Shown in pieces: positions 36,306 to 46,465 of a DNA stretch of 46,465 bases (position 1 is the stretch's first letter; each line of letters opens with the position of its first letter). The position numbers and the translations under genes were made by a program. The stretch is from Candidatus Izemoplasmatales bacterium (lineage in GTDB: Bacteria > Bacillota_I > Bacilli_A > Izemoplasmatales > Hujiaoplasmataceae). A model generated the notes under the pieces. It was not told the origin of the DNA. It saw nothing but the letters and a program-made list of their open reading frames with translations, and made no database searches. Where the stretch lies: positions 1-46,465 of the forward strand of contig JBFXGX010000001.1 of assembly GCA_050177605.1 (NCBI GenBank). Reading direction: 5' to 3'.

Positions 36306-37658
36306 TTACAAACTGACCACAACTTTTTTATTCGTATAAAAAGTAATGGTAAATCTAGCGCCTTGAAGGTCATTATTTCCAGCTTCAATTGTACCACGAT
36401 GCTTTTCAATAATCGATTTTGTTATCGTAAGTCCAAGACCCGTATGGCCTTCTTTGCCTATATAATATCGTTCCCAAATTTGATCTTTGATTGTTTCATC
36501 AATTCCAATTCCATCATCATCCACAGTAATGATAATCATATCATCCGTAACAGATAGAGTGATTGTAATCTCTGTTTTTGCATAACGTAAAGCATTCGAT
36601 ACCAAATTGACAAGCGCTACTTCCAGTTTATCTGTGTCACCAAAAAAATAAACATTTTCTAGTTCATGATGGAACTCAAGTTGAATATTTTTATCTTTGG
36701 CTTGAATGTCAATCGCATTGAGAGAATCACCGATGAGATCGACTAAATTAATTTTCGATACATTCAAGGTTTCACCAATTGAGTCTAGTCTGCCAAGATA
36801 TAATACCTGATTGATGAAGTCTCTTAACTTTTCGCTTTCATTCATAATAATTGAAGATGTATTCTTGATCTCTTTTTCAGACAAAACTCCATAATAGAGC
36901 GCTTCAGCATAACTATAAATGTTCGTAAGTGGTGTTTTCATTTCATGCGAAAAATTATGAAGGAACTCTTGTTCCGCAAGAGAAAATTCATAAACACGAT
37001 TATGTGCCTTTTCAAGTGCAATAGATAATTCTTCGTATTCAAGAATATCAAAAGTCGGTCTTCTTGATGGCTTTTCTTGATAGTTTAAATTATTAACATA
37101 ACTCGAAAGCACTCTTGCTGGCAATGCAAAGGTTTTAGCAGAGAAAATTGATATTAAACTAATCGAAATAGCTAAGAAAACAATCCCAATAAAACTCATC
37201 AAGAAAATCGTCTGATTTTCACCCATAATGGATCCTTCTGCTCGAAAAACATAAATCGTATAAAGTCCATCATCGACTGTCGATTTCGTAAAATAGTAAT
37301 ACTGAAAATCATCGATAATACGATAGACATTATAGGTGCTACTTACCTTGATAGCATTCTCTAAATTGAGGGAAGATGAAGTGAAAGATGAATAGTAGAC
37401 TGTTCCTTCACGGTACACAACCAAATCAACCCCTGTGTATTGTCTAGCTTGAGAGAGCGTAAGTAAGAAGTCTTGTCCCTCGGCAGTTTCAAGCGAATGA
37501 ACAATATTATCATTCAATTCAGAAATATTACTATATAACAAATGATTTAAACCACTGGAAATAAAGACACCGGTTAAGATTGCAGCGATGCCATAAGCAA
37601 TGGCTAAAAAAACGCCATAATAAATGAGTAGTTTGCGTCTAATTGTCAAGAATTTCAC
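36306..37658 (-). CDS. Sensor histidine kinase
   Basis: 2 TM; H-box SHEMKTPL, N-box NLVSNALRY, DDGIG, GLGL. Confidence 0.95.
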   Translation of the reverse strand: MKFLTIRRKLLIYYGVFLAIAYGIAAILTGVFISSGLNHLLYSNISELNDNIVHSLETAEGQDFLLTLSQARQYTGVDLVVYREGTVYYSSFTSSSLNLENAIKVSSTYNVYRIIDDFQYYYFTKSTVDDGLYTIYVFRAEGSIMGENQTIFLMSFIGIVFLAISISLISIFSAKTFALPARVLSSYVNNLNYQEKPSRRPTFDILEYEELSIALEKAHNRVYEFSLAEQEFLHNFSHEMKTPLTNIYSYAEALYYGVLSEKEIKNTSSIIMNESEKLRDFINQVLYLGRLDSIGETLNVSKINLVDLIGDSLNAIDIQAKDKNIQLEFHHELENVYFFGDTDKLEVALVNLVSNALRYAKTEITITLSVTDDMIIITVDDDGIGIDETIKDQIWERYYIGKEGHTGLGLTITKSIIEKHRGTIEAGNNDLQGARFTITFYTNKKVVVSL

Positions 37659-38349
37659 TTCCGTTTTCTACTTGTACTTTATATCCAAAACCAAAAACAG
37701 TCTTGATTTCTACCATACTGTTGATTGTTGAAATTTTCTTGCGAATCCGTTTGATTAAATCGTCTACAGATCTAGTTCCATCAATAACTTCCCATTTCCA
37801 TACTAGCCGGAATAGTTCGTCACGTGAAAATGCTTTAGGACTATTTTTAGCGAGTAATACGAATAAATCGTATTCTTTCGCTGTAAACACTAATGGCTCG
37901 TCCAAATAAAGTATTTCTCTTTGATCAAGCTTAAACGATAGATTTCCAATAGTAAAAGTGCCTAAATCCTCCATCAATGAAGTATTGACGCTTCTTCGTA
38001 ATAAGGCTTTAACTCTCACAGCGAGTTCTCGACCAGAAAAAGGCTTTGTAATATAATCATCGCCACCAATTTCAAGGCCTAAAATACGGTCCATTTCTTC
38101 ACCTTTTGCAGATACAAAAAGGATTGGAATATTTGAATCCTCGCGAATTTTTTGACACACTTTAAATCCACTCATATCAGGTAACATCACATCAATAACA
38201 AAACAATCTGGTGAATTTAATTCGAATGCTTTTAATAGGTCTGTACCTGTTTTATATTTCTCTACTTGGAATCCCTCGTAGATTAGGAATTTTTCAATGA
38301 TATTACGAATATTATCGTCATCATCTAGCACATAGACTAGTTTCGCCAA
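37639..38349 (-). CDS. OmpR-family response regulator
   Basis: LDDD, DVMLP, GGDDYITKPF, C-terminal IKTVFGFGY. Confidence 0.95.
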   Translation of the reverse strand: MAKLVYVLDDDDNIRNIIEKFLIYEGFQVEKYKTGTDLLKAFELNSPDCFVIDVMLPDMSGFKVCQKIREDSNIPILFVSAKGEEMDRILGLEIGGDDYITKPFSGRELAVRVKALLRRSVNTSLMEDLGTFTIGNLSFKLDQREILYLDEPLVFTAKEYDLFVLLAKNSPKAFSRDELFRLVWKWEVIDGTRSVDDLIKRIRKKISTINSMVEIKTVFGFGYKVQVENGSEILDN

Positions 38350-38451
38350 AATATCACAGCCTTTCTTAAATACATCATACCATTTTTTATTTTATTTTGG
38401 ATTTATTTTACAATATTTTCTTTTAAAGAAAGAAAAAGTAGTCAAAAACGA

Positions 38452-39318
38452 CTACTTAATGTCTTCTACTTTAGCTTCTAAATTATTTTCTAACAAGGAT
38501 GGATCAACTAAATATTTCATCAATTCACGAACACTATTTCCGTAATATAAACCATCACAGATGCGTTCATCAATGACAATACCAGCCTTCATCACTTTTT
38601 CAGATCCAAAAGTATTTTCCTCAGCATCTTTTACACGTGGTTCATATTGTTCTTTACCCATCGCTACGAAAATGGATGTGGACCCAAAATTATAGATATG
38701 ATGATAAGCATAATTCATCTTGATAGACCTTAAATTCGTTAAGAAAATGGATGTATGGAAAGGGCTAAGATTAATGATTGATTTTGGTAATAAACCATGT
38801 TTGTCAAGCATCTTTAAAAAGCCAACCATAAATTTGATTAAGAAGTTCGGTACTAAAGTCAATGCTTTAGCTAGAGAATCAGTATCATTATGCGAAGTTT
38901 TTGTCGTGTTCTTCGCAATTTCAGCATCCATCATTTCCTTGATTTCATAAATGTTTTCAGTACCTTTAAAGGTCAGTTTAATTGTTTCTTCTTCAGCGGT
39001 ATCAACAAGTTGTTTTTTAACGATAAAAGATACAGAAATATCTTTTCTAGCAAATACTCTTCCATTCATAATAAAACGATTAATTTTTGGTCTTACAGCC
39101 ATCGTTCTTACAAACGATGCAATTAAGATATTCATGTAGTTGAAACGGATATTACTTTCTTTTCTTTTTTTGAAGATATATTCATCCAAATACCCACAAT
39201 TGATCTCGTACATACTCATCACCATAGCATCGTTTCGATCTGGCATAATATGTGGCGTTAATTTCATAATTGGATCGATGGTTTTAATCTTTCTTCCATC
39301 ACTTCGTAGTCCAAACAT
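38452..39318 (-). CDS. Stand-alone 2-oxoacid dehydrogenase E2-like acyltransferase domain
   Basis: DERICDG at the DHRxxDG position; no lipoyl domain. Start moved to ATG 39318 after GGAGG. Confidence 0.8.
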   Translation of the reverse strand: MFGLRSDGRKIKTIDPIMKLTPHIMPDRNDAMVMSMYEINCGYLDEYIFKKRKESNIRFNYMNILIASFVRTMAVRPKINRFIMNGRVFARKDISVSFIVKKQLVDTAEEETIKLTFKGTENIYEIKEMMDAEIAKNTTKTSHNDTDSLAKALTLVPNFLIKFMVGFLKMLDKHGLLPKSIINLSPFHTSIFLTNLRSIKMNYAYHHIYNFGSTSIFVAMGKEQYEPRVKDAEENTFGSEKVMKAGIVIDERICDGLYYGNSVRELMKYLVDPSLLENNLEAKVEDIK

Positions 39319-39475
39319 AGAGGTTCCTCCCAAATGTAACATTGTAAAAATTTTATCACAAAATAACGTCATTTACAAGCGGACATCTTGTAAAAGAAGA
39401 ATGATATCAAAAATAATTGAATATGGCTCGTTTTTAATGTATAATAAGTTGAAAACAAAACATAAGGGGTGCTTC

Positions 39476-40174
39476 ATGTATACTAAAAAAATAACCTACC
39501 AATTATTACCATTTTTGGTAGTTGTCATAATGCTATTATTATCTTATTGGGTTACCCAGTGGTACTTTGAAGAAACCGGTATTGTAGGAACTGACTACAG
39601 CTATGTTTTCCAAGGAATTAATAATGCTGTTCCATTTATTCCAGCCACAATTTATCCATATGTTATCGCTTATCCATTTTGGGGCTTAAGTTTCTTCTAT
39701 ATCGGCTATCGTAACAAAAAGAATATGTATACGATTCTATCAATTATCTTATTTACTTTTACGATTGCAGGATTGACTTATTTTTTCTTTCAAAGCGATG
39801 TTCAAGCATGGAGAGAAACGAGTGGTCTATTTGAAAGAACTGATCTCAATTTCACTGAGTCATTGGTCTTTTGGATTTACAATGCTGCTGGTCCAAGAAA
39901 CGCAAATCCATCGATGCATGTAATCATGAGCTGGTTAGCGATTCTGGGTGCTCGCATGGACAAAGAAATGCCTAAAATTTCAAAAATCATTATCTGGGTA
40001 TTAGGTGTGAGCATTTGTATTTCGACTCAAACCCTCAAACAGCATTATATCATCGACTTAATTACTGGATTGCTTCTTGTAGAAGTGTTCTTCCATTTAT
40101 TGAAGGGATCCAAAATTGTCGATAAAGTTGAATCATTCTTTACAAGAATAAATCAAAAATTACATTTAGAGTAA
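39476..40174 (+). CDS. PAP2 superfamily (Aur1/IPC-synthase-like) membrane phosphoesterase/phosphotransferase
   Basis: NANPSMHV and QHYIID motifs, about 6 TM segments. Start moved to ATG 39476 after AAGGGGTG. Confidence 0.8.
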   Translation: MYTKKITYQLLPFLVVVIMLLLSYWVTQWYFEETGIVGTDYSYVFQGINNAVPFIPATIYPYVIAYPFWGLSFFYIGYRNKKNMYTILSIILFTFTIAGLTYFFFQSDVQAWRETSGLFERTDLNFTESLVFWIYNAAGPRNANPSMHVIMSWLAILGARMDKEMPKISKIIIWVLGVSICISTQTLKQHYIIDLITGLLLVEVFFHLLKGSKIVDKVESFFTRINQKLHLE

Positions 40175-40206
40175 AGAAAAGAGAAACGATTTCGTTTCTC
40201 TTTTTT
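40175..40206. terminator. Bidirectional intrinsic terminator
   Basis: AAAAGAGAAACG-attt-CGTTTCTCTTTT between convergent genes. Confidence 0.88.
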
Positions 40207-40216
40207 GTTGTTTTTT

Positions 40217-41635
40217 TTATGGGATGTCAATGATTCTCATGGTATTAGTTGAACCATGTTTTTGACCATAACCAGAGGTGATGATTAGTGTATCTCCAGA
40301 TTCAAAACCGAAATCTTTCGCAACCTCAATCGCTGTTTGGTCATATTTGCCATAATCATTAACGACATCTTTAATGGATGCAAAAACGCCCCAATAATAC
40401 GATAATTTTTGAGCAGTTACAATGCTATCTGTAATCGCAATAATAGGAACACTTGGTCTAAACTTACACATACGTTTTGCAGTACCGCCGGTTTCCGTAA
40501 AAGCAATAATTACTTTCGCATTTGGCATAGACATTGCCGTTTGGCTAACAGCAATTCCTATAGCATCATTAATCGTTTTTTGTGAAGATTTAATCGAACG
40601 TTGAAGTCTTTCATCATAAGGTAAAATATCTTCAATCGCTTTGGCGATTGTGTCCATCGTTTGAACACTTTCCACAGGGTATTCACCAGCTGCAGACTCA
40701 CCACTTAACATGATTGCGTCGCTTCCATCTAAAATGGCATTTGCTACGTCACTCGCTTCAGCTCTCGTTGGACGAGGAGAAGCCATCATCGATTCAAGCA
40801 TATGTGTTGCCGTAATGACTGGTTTACCAAACTCATTGGCTTTTTGAATAATTTTCTTTTGGTAGATTGGAACTAAAGCTGTTGATACTTCAACACCTAA
40901 ATCTCCTCTAGCAACCATAATCCCATCCACAACTTCTAAGATGGTTTCAAGATTGTCTACACCTTCTTGATTTTCGATTTTCGCGATTAAGTCAATGTTC
41001 TCCATATTTTCTTGTTTTAGGATCTCACGCACAGCGAGAACATCTTCTTTTCTTCTCACAAATGATAATGCAATCATATCTACCTTGTTACGACAAGCAA
41101 AACGGATATCCTTATCATCTTTTTCTGACAAGAAAGGCATGGAAAGTTTCACATTTGGAACATTACATCCTTTTCTTGATTTTAAATTTCCAGAATTTCT
41201 AATTTGGCCATGAATGATTCCATCTTCTACTGATAAAACGTCAACACGAATTTTTCCATCATCGATTAAAATATAATCTCCGCTTGAGATATCGTCGAAT
41301 AATTCAGGACAAGAGATATGAAAATGTTCATGTGTTCCAAGAACTTCTTCCCTTAAAATATCAACTTTATCGCCTTTTGTAAAAGCAACAACGTTATTTT
41401 CGAACATTCCAGTACGAATTTCTGGGCCTTTTGTGTCCGCCATAATGCCAATATAACGATTTTTTTCATTCGCTATTTCTCGAATCATTTGAATCCGGTT
41501 AAAATGTTCTTCTTCCGTTCCGTGAGAAAAATTAAGTCGACAAACATTCATTCCAGCATCAATCATTTTCGCAATCATTTCACGTGAATCAATCGCAGGT
41601 CCTACAGTACATATTATTTTTGTTTTTCTTTTCAC
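40217..41635 (-). CDS. pyk: Pyruvate kinase
   Basis: RKTKIICTVGP, RLNFSHG, DTKGPEIR, MVARGDLGVE, PTRAEASDVANA. Confidence 0.98.
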   Translation of the reverse strand: MKRKTKIICTVGPAIDSREMIAKMIDAGMNVCRLNFSHGTEEEHFNRIQMIREIANEKNRYIGIMADTKGPEIRTGMFENNVVAFTKGDKVDILREEVLGTHEHFHISCPELFDDISSGDYILIDDGKIRVDVLSVEDGIIHGQIRNSGNLKSRKGCNVPNVKLSMPFLSEKDDKDIRFACRNKVDMIALSFVRRKEDVLAVREILKQENMENIDLIAKIENQEGVDNLETILEVVDGIMVARGDLGVEVSTALVPIYQKKIIQKANEFGKPVITATHMLESMMASPRPTRAEASDVANAILDGSDAIMLSGESAAGEYPVESVQTMDTIAKAIEDILPYDERLQRSIKSSQKTINDAIGIAVSQTAMSMPNAKVIIAFTETGGTAKRMCKFRPSVPIIAITDSIVTAQKLSYYWGVFASIKDVVNDYGKYDQTAIEVAKDFGFESGDTLIITSGYGQKHGSTNTMRIIDIP

Positions 41636-41693
41636 TAAAAAAACCTCCTTAAATCACTATTTACATTATACAACAAAATCATATTTTATTACA

Positions 41694-43532
41694 TCAAGAA
41701 GATAATAAATCTTCATTTTGACGAAGGCGTCGACTATCAAATTTTTTCCGTTCATTTGTATTTAAAATCATTTTTCGAATACGGATAGAATGCGGTGTAA
41801 TTTCTACTAGTTCATCATCATTGATATAATCAAGACAAGCTTCCAGTGACATTTTTCTTGGACGTTTTAATACAACTGTCGTATCCTTCGTGGAGCTTCG
41901 TGTATTGGTTTGTTGTTTCTCTTTCGTTACATTGACAGCTAAATCTTGTTCACGATTACTTTCACCGATGACCATACCTTCATAAACTCTTGTACGTGGT
42001 GAGATAAACATCGTACCTCTTTCTTCAAGTCCACCGATTGAATAGGAAGTGGACATGCCTTCATCCACCGAAACTAAAACGCCTAATTTTCTGTTTCCAA
42101 CATGCATATTTTCTACCGGACGATATTCTAAGTATGAATGATTCAAGATACCATAACCTTTAGTTGCGGTAAGAAATTCAGTCATAAATCCGATTAATCC
42201 TCTAGAAGGCATCGTGTAATTTAATCTGGTTTGATTTTCATGGGTATCCATAGATTCCAAGATACCATGTCTTTCACCAACAAGTTCCATCACTTTTCCA
42301 AGCGTTTCTGTTGGCGTGTCAATTTGAACTGCTTCAAATGGTTCTTCTAAAACGCCATCTACTTCTTTCATAATAACTTTTGCCTTGGATACTTGGAATT
42401 CAAACCCTTCTCTTCTCATGTTTTCGATGAGTATTCCTAAGTGTAGTTCTCCACGTCCAGAAACTACCCATGATTCGCTTGTTCCAATACGCGCTACTTT
42501 AAGCGCTAAATCCTTTTGTGTTTCACGATATAATCGATCATCAATTTTTGAACTAGTCACATGCTTACCTTCTTGTCCTGAAAAAGGAGATGTATTGGTA
42601 CCGAATGTCATCTCAACGGTAGGTTCACCTATCGTAATCAGTGGCAAACGTTGGTAAACGCCAGGATTTGTGACTGTTTCTCCAACATAAATATCTGGTA
42701 ACCCAGAAATAGCAACGATATCCCCAGCAAATGCTTCTTCGATTTCTTGCTTTTCAAGTCCTAAATATCCATATAATTTTTGTACTCTAAAAGGCGTTAC
42801 ACTTCCATCTAGACGAATACAATCTACCATATCATTCACGTGAATCGATCCTGACTGAATACGACCAATTCCCATTCGACCAACATAATCATTGTAGTCA
42901 AGAAGTGAAGGTTGAAATTGTAGGCTTTGATTAATTTCTACATTTGGAGCGGGAATCTCTTTTACAATTAAATCCAGCAATGGAATTAAATTATCATTTT
43001 CTTTTAAAATTGACTCGAAACTAGCTTGCCCCTTAATGCCTGAGGCAAATAAAAATGGAAACTCAAGTTGATCGTCATCTGCCCCAAGTTCGATAAATAG
43101 TTCAAGTACTTCATCAACAACTTCGACAGGTCTTGCAGCTTCTCTGTCAACTTTATTGATAACAACAATTGGTTTCACTTTTGCTTCTAAAGCTTTTTTC
43201 AACACAAATCTTGTTTGTGGCATGCACCCTTCATAGGCATCCACAACCAAAAGAACACCATCCACCATATTCATAATGCGTTCCACTTCACCACCGAAGT
43301 CGGCGTGTCCAGGTGTATCAAGAATGTTGATTCGGTAATCGTTATAGATAATAGATGTATTTTTCGCTAAGATAGTAATCCCTCTTTCGCGCTCAATGTC
43401 ATTGGTATCCATCGCTCTTTCTTCGAGAACTTGATGTTTTTTGAGTGTCATAGATTGCTTTAATAATCCATCCACTAATGTTGTTTTACCATGGTCAACA
43501 TGGGCAATAATTGCTATATTTCTAATTTTCAT
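41694..43532 (-). CDS. typA: Translational GTPase TypA/BipA
   Basis: [34 protein letters not shown]. Confidence 0.98.
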   Translation of the reverse strand: MKIRNIAIIAHVDHGKTTLVDGLLKQSMTLKKHQVLEERAMDTNDIERERGITILAKNTSIIYNDYRINILDTPGHADFGGEVERIMNMVDGVLLVVDAYEGCMPQTRFVLKKALEAKVKPIVVINKVDREAARPVEVVDEVLELFIELGADDDQLEFPFLFASGIKGQASFESILKENDNLIPLLDLIVKEIPAPNVEINQSLQFQPSLLDYNDYVGRMGIGRIQSGSIHVNDMVDCIRLDGSVTPFRVQKLYGYLGLEKQEIEEAFAGDIVAISGLPDIYVGETVTNPGVYQRLPLITIGEPTVEMTFGTNTSPFSGQEGKHVTSSKIDDRLYRETQKDLALKVARIGTSESWVVSGRGELHLGILIENMRREGFEFQVSKAKVIMKEVDGVLEEPFEAVQIDTPTETLGKVMELVGERHGILESMDTHENQTRLNYTMPSRGLIGFMTEFLTATKGYGILNHSYLEYRPVENMHVGNRKLGVLVSVDEGMSTSYSIGGLEERGTMFISPRTRVYEGMVIGESNREQDLAVNVTKEKQQTNTRSSTKDTTVVLKRPRKMSLEACLDYINDDELVEITPHSIRIRKMILNTNERKKFDSRRLRQNEDLLSS

Positions 43533-44416
43533 ATAAGTCCTCGTTTCCTTAAAAAAGCTTTCATATCTTCGGGAATATCCGAATGAATTTCTATTTGTTT
43601 TCCTGTAATAGGGTCTGGGTATGTGATCGTTGATGAATGTAATAATACTCTCTTTTCTTGAATATTTGATTCATAGAGTTGATCGCCAACAAGTGGATGT
43701 CCAATCGCTAAGAAATGGACTCGAATCTGATGAGTTCGTCCTGTTTCTAACTTAATTTTCACTAAAGAAACACCATTACCTTCTTTCAATACCTGGTAGT
43801 GAGTTATCGCTGGCTTCCCGGATTTTGTCGTCACATAATGATTGTTTCGATGTCTATTTGCACCAATATTTAAAGAGATTTTCCCTTGCTTGTTTTTTAA
43901 ACTTCCTTCAACAATCGCGATGTATTCTTTTTGAACTTGATCTTGCCATATAGCACTAAAATAGGAATGGGCTAATGGGTTCATTGCATACAGTAATACA
44001 CCTGTCGTATCTGTGTCAAGTCGATGTAAATGTCTAACTAAAGCATCTCTATCTTGATTCATAAAATATCGACTGACTTGCATATCAACTGTCTCATTGT
44101 TTGGATTATCTAAATCATAAATTATCTTCTTTGCATCCTTATTCACCGCAAGAACAAAATCATCTGAATAAATTATTTGTGGAGCATGCAACCCGGGTTT
44201 TGTCTCATTATGTTCATCAAAATAAATTTCAATGTTGTCTTGAGAAGAAATGATTGTATCAAAAGAAGCAACTTGATTATTTATTTTCATATGTTGACTA
44301 GAGAATATTTCTTTTTGCTTGTGTTTTCCAAGTGAAAAATTCGTCAAAAAAGATGACGCGGTTATCGGTTGATTTAATTGTAATTTCGATAATTTAAACC
44401 ACATCATATACTCCAA
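43529..44416 (-). CDS. RluA-family pseudouridine synthase
   Basis: HRLDTDTTG, LETGRTHQIRVH, GHPLVGD. Confidence 0.93.
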   Translation of the reverse strand: MEYMMWFKLSKLQLNQPITASSFLTNFSLGKHKQKEIFSSQHMKINNQVASFDTIISSQDNIEIYFDEHNETKPGLHAPQIIYSDDFVLAVNKDAKKIIYDLDNPNNETVDMQVSRYFMNQDRDALVRHLHRLDTDTTGVLLYAMNPLAHSYFSAIWQDQVQKEYIAIVEGSLKNKQGKISLNIGANRHRNNHYVTTKSGKPAITHYQVLKEGNGVSLVKIKLETGRTHQIRVHFLAIGHPLVGDQLYESNIQEKRVLLHSSTITYPDPITGKQIEIHSDIPEDMKAFLRKRGLI

Positions 44417-44429
44417 ACAAAAGGGAAAA

Positions 44430-44804
44430 CTAATAACTTTGTTTTCCCGGAATCACACCACGAACGCCGCCTTTCGGGTGAATCACATCACCCGTGTAGC
44501 GAGGAATCAAATGGATATGTAAGTGAAAAATACTTTGTCCTGCAGCCTCACCGTTATTGACGCCAATATTGTATCCATCAGGATGAAACTCACGGTCAAG
44601 AAACTCTTTCATCAATAGGATGGTTTGATGAAGAATCTTTGCTTCCTCAAAAGATAAACTAAAATAATCTTCTATATGTCTCTTCGGGATAATCAGCGTA
44701 TGTCCTTTAGAAACAGGAAAATGATCATAAATCACATAAAAATATTCATTTTCATAGATAAAGTCTTGCTTTTGTTGACTCGTTTCACAAAATAAGCACT
44801 TCAT
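44430..44804 (-). CDS. HIT family hydrolase
   Basis: CLFC, PVSKGHTLIIPKRH, HLHIHLIPR. Confidence 0.95.
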   Translation of the reverse strand: MKCLFCETSQQKQDFIYENEYFYVIYDHFPVSKGHTLIIPKRHIEDYFSLSFEEAKILHQTILLMKEFLDREFHPDGYNIGVNNGEAAGQSIFHLHIHLIPRYTGDVIHPKGGVRGVIPGKQSY

Positions 44805-45100
44805 TATTTTTTAATTAACAGATATCCACCCAGTAAGACCAGTAGTGCAGGCAAGAGATACCCTTCAAAATTGATGCCATTTTCATTTAAAAACAAGTAC
44901 ACACCAAGAATTAAAAATGCAATATTACCAAAAGTAACGCCTTGTTTAGACATTGATACTATTGCAGGAATAATGATGAGTAATGTCCACCATCCATTAA
45001 AAAACAAATGAAGGCTAAATAAGTTCAACCTGCTTAATAGAAAAATAACACCAAAAAACAATAAAACATAACCTAAAACTTTGCGATTATTTGAATTCAT
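44804..45100 (-). CDS. LiaF-TM / DUF5668-like small membrane protein
   Basis: 4 short TM segments, GWWTLLIIIP; promoter TTGACT-17-TAGAAT at 45145-45117. Confidence 0.65.
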   Translation of the reverse strand: MNSNNRKVLGYVLLFFGVIFLLSRLNLFSLHLFFNGWWTLLIIIPAIVSMSKQGVTFGNIAFLILGVYLFLNENGINFEGYLLPALLVLLGGYLLIKK

Positions 45101-45157
45101 AAATATAACCTCCGATATTCTACTCTATTCTCACTTAAAAGTCAATTAAACTCTTTT

Positions 45158-45793
45158 TTAAAAGAGTTGTTTTAATTCATTTAGATCAGTAACATAATAA
45201 TCTGCGATTTTACACTTCAGTGCATCAGATACAGCAACAGCCGACATTTGAGCTCTTTTCGCTGCCTCAATTCCCGCCACAGCATCTTCGATGACAAGAC
45301 ATTCTCGAGGAATCACATTCAATGCAATTCCAGCTTTTGTAAACACTTCTGGATCAGGCTTCGAATTTGTAATCATAGTTCCATCGACGATTGCATCAAA
45401 TCGAAAAGTTAATCCAATATAGTTGAGAATCGCTCGAGTATTTTTACTACTCGATCCAATTGCCTTCTTTATCCCTTTTTCTTCTAAATAATCAAGAAAA
45501 TCTAGGATGCCAGGTAAGATATCTTTTTCAGAAAGTGCGCTGAGAGATTCTTTATAGATATCATTCTTAAAAGTCATCATTTCTTCTTTTTCATCTTCTG
45601 AATAAGTCTTTTTACTTTGTTCAAGAATGATTTCTAGAGATTCTTTACGTGATACGCCACGTAAACGATGATTAATTTCTCTATTGAAAAAGATTCCTTC
45701 TCTTTCGGCTAGTTTTGACCAAGCTTGATAGTGAAAGAGATCCGTACTCACGATGACTCCATCTAAATCAAAAATCACACCTCGATATTTCAT
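45158..45793 (-). CDS. pgmB: Beta-phosphoglucomutase (HAD)
   Basis: FDLDGVIVST, HYQAW, LRGVSR, SSSKN, SKPDPEVF, IEDAVAG. Confidence 0.92.
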   Translation of the reverse strand: MKYRGVIFDLDGVIVSTDLFHYQAWSKLAEREGIFFNREINHRLRGVSRKESLEIILEQSKKTYSEDEKEEMMTFKNDIYKESLSALSEKDILPGILDFLDYLEEKGIKKAIGSSSKNTRAILNYIGLTFRFDAIVDGTMITNSKPDPEVFTKAGIALNVIPRECLVIEDAVAGIEAAKRAQMSAVAVSDALKCKIADYYVTDLNELKQLF

Positions 45794-45794
45794 T

Positions 45795-46463
45795 CTATTC
45801 CTCCCACTGCACTTCTACTTGAGCATTCTTTACTTTAATGTGCGCTAGTCTTTCGTTTACTCTTGCATTAAATAATACGCCATTCATACCTCGAGGTAAA
45901 TTATAATCTGCATAGACGAATGGATAATTGATTCTGAAATCAGCAAATCCATAAACCAGTAGTAAATAGATGGCACCACTCATCGTTAGATTGTTTTCAT
46001 GTAAATGATGATAGCTTTCAAATTCTTCCACACAAGTAACATCCTTCAAGAAATTTTCACCTGGTGTCGTATCGCCCACTTTCGCACCAATCATCGAGAT
46101 AGCAAACTGCGCGAAAAAGGAATTAGATTTTGTCCGAGCCTTATAAAAATCATAATTTGCTTTTAAAACAAAATCATTAAAACTACTCTTGAAAATGAGC
46201 AAGAACAAAACACTCGGGAAAGTAATATATTGGTCTTCTTGATGGATAACAGGTTTTTCTGAAATTTCTCCTTTTTTTGTCATTTTTAGGCGAAGAACTT
46301 TGGAGATTGGATCCTTAAGTTTAAAGTATCCATCGAAAAGTTCAATTAATAATTGACGATTTGGCGAAGGAACTACCAGGGTTTTTTTTAATACTTTGAT
46401 TCTTTTCAGTTCTGACTCATGCGTCTTTTTGAAACTAGCAATTTCCTTTTTATATTCTTTCGA
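45795..46463 (-). CDS. C-terminal part of a divergent GH65-like protein (5'-truncated by the window edge)
   Basis: The frame stays open from 46463 through the track ORF. IELFDGYFKLKD, NYDFYKART and GAIYLLLVYGFADFR match GH65 C-terminal blocks; adjacent to pgmB. Confidence 0.7.
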   Translation of the reverse strand, partial: SKEYKKEIASFKKTHESELKRIKVLKKTLVVPSPNRQLLIELFDGYFKLKDPISKVLRLKMTKKGEISEKPVIHQEDQYITFPSVLFLLIFKSSFNDFVLKANYDFYKARTKSNSFFAQFAISMIGAKVGDTTPGENFLKDVTCVEEFESYHHLHENNLTMSGAIYLLLVYGFADFRINYPFVYADYNLPRGMNGVLFNARVNERLAHIKVKNAQVEVQWEE

Positions 46464-46465
46464 TA

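Noticed and set aside
39140..39475. N-terminal 112 codons of the 344-aa track ORF
   Set aside because: They overlap the divergent E2-like gene and the promoter region. The RBS-supported start is 39476.

Overview
Low-GC bacterial chromosome segment using genetic code 11 (TGA is a stop, e.g. the ATGA overlap at 43529-43532). Gene style suggests a Bacillota/Tenericutes lineage such as Izemoplasmatales or Acholeplasmatales; this is inference only. Most genes lie on the minus strand and are housekeeping or transport: glycine cleavage gcvT-H-PA-PB plus lipoate ligase, acyl-CoA ligase, CDF and CorA transporters, tRNA-Leu(CAA), a heterodimeric ABC exporter, argS, an ABC-F, potABCD, an OmpR-type two-component pair, pyk, typA, an RluA-family synthase, HIT, pgmB and a truncated GH65-like gene. 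I see no integrase, transposase, prophage or CRISPR. The most interesting signals are non-coding. (1) A c-di-GMP-I/GEMM riboswitch at 195-266 has A at the specificity position 20, as in cGAMP-sensing variants. Its expression platform is a ~50-nt-period array of three GGCAUUUUUUAUU arms that can fold in two mutually exclusive registers, like a domino cascade of terminators. (2) An ECF sigma / anti-sigma / paralogous lipoprotein locus has a candidate promoter (CCAATA-N16-CGTATATATA) that recurs with identical boxes and spacing downstream of the operon. There it precedes a ~130-nt structured RNA whose unpaired C-rich seed is complementary to the sigma gene's own start codon. All RNA structures were folded by eye, and no database searches were run.
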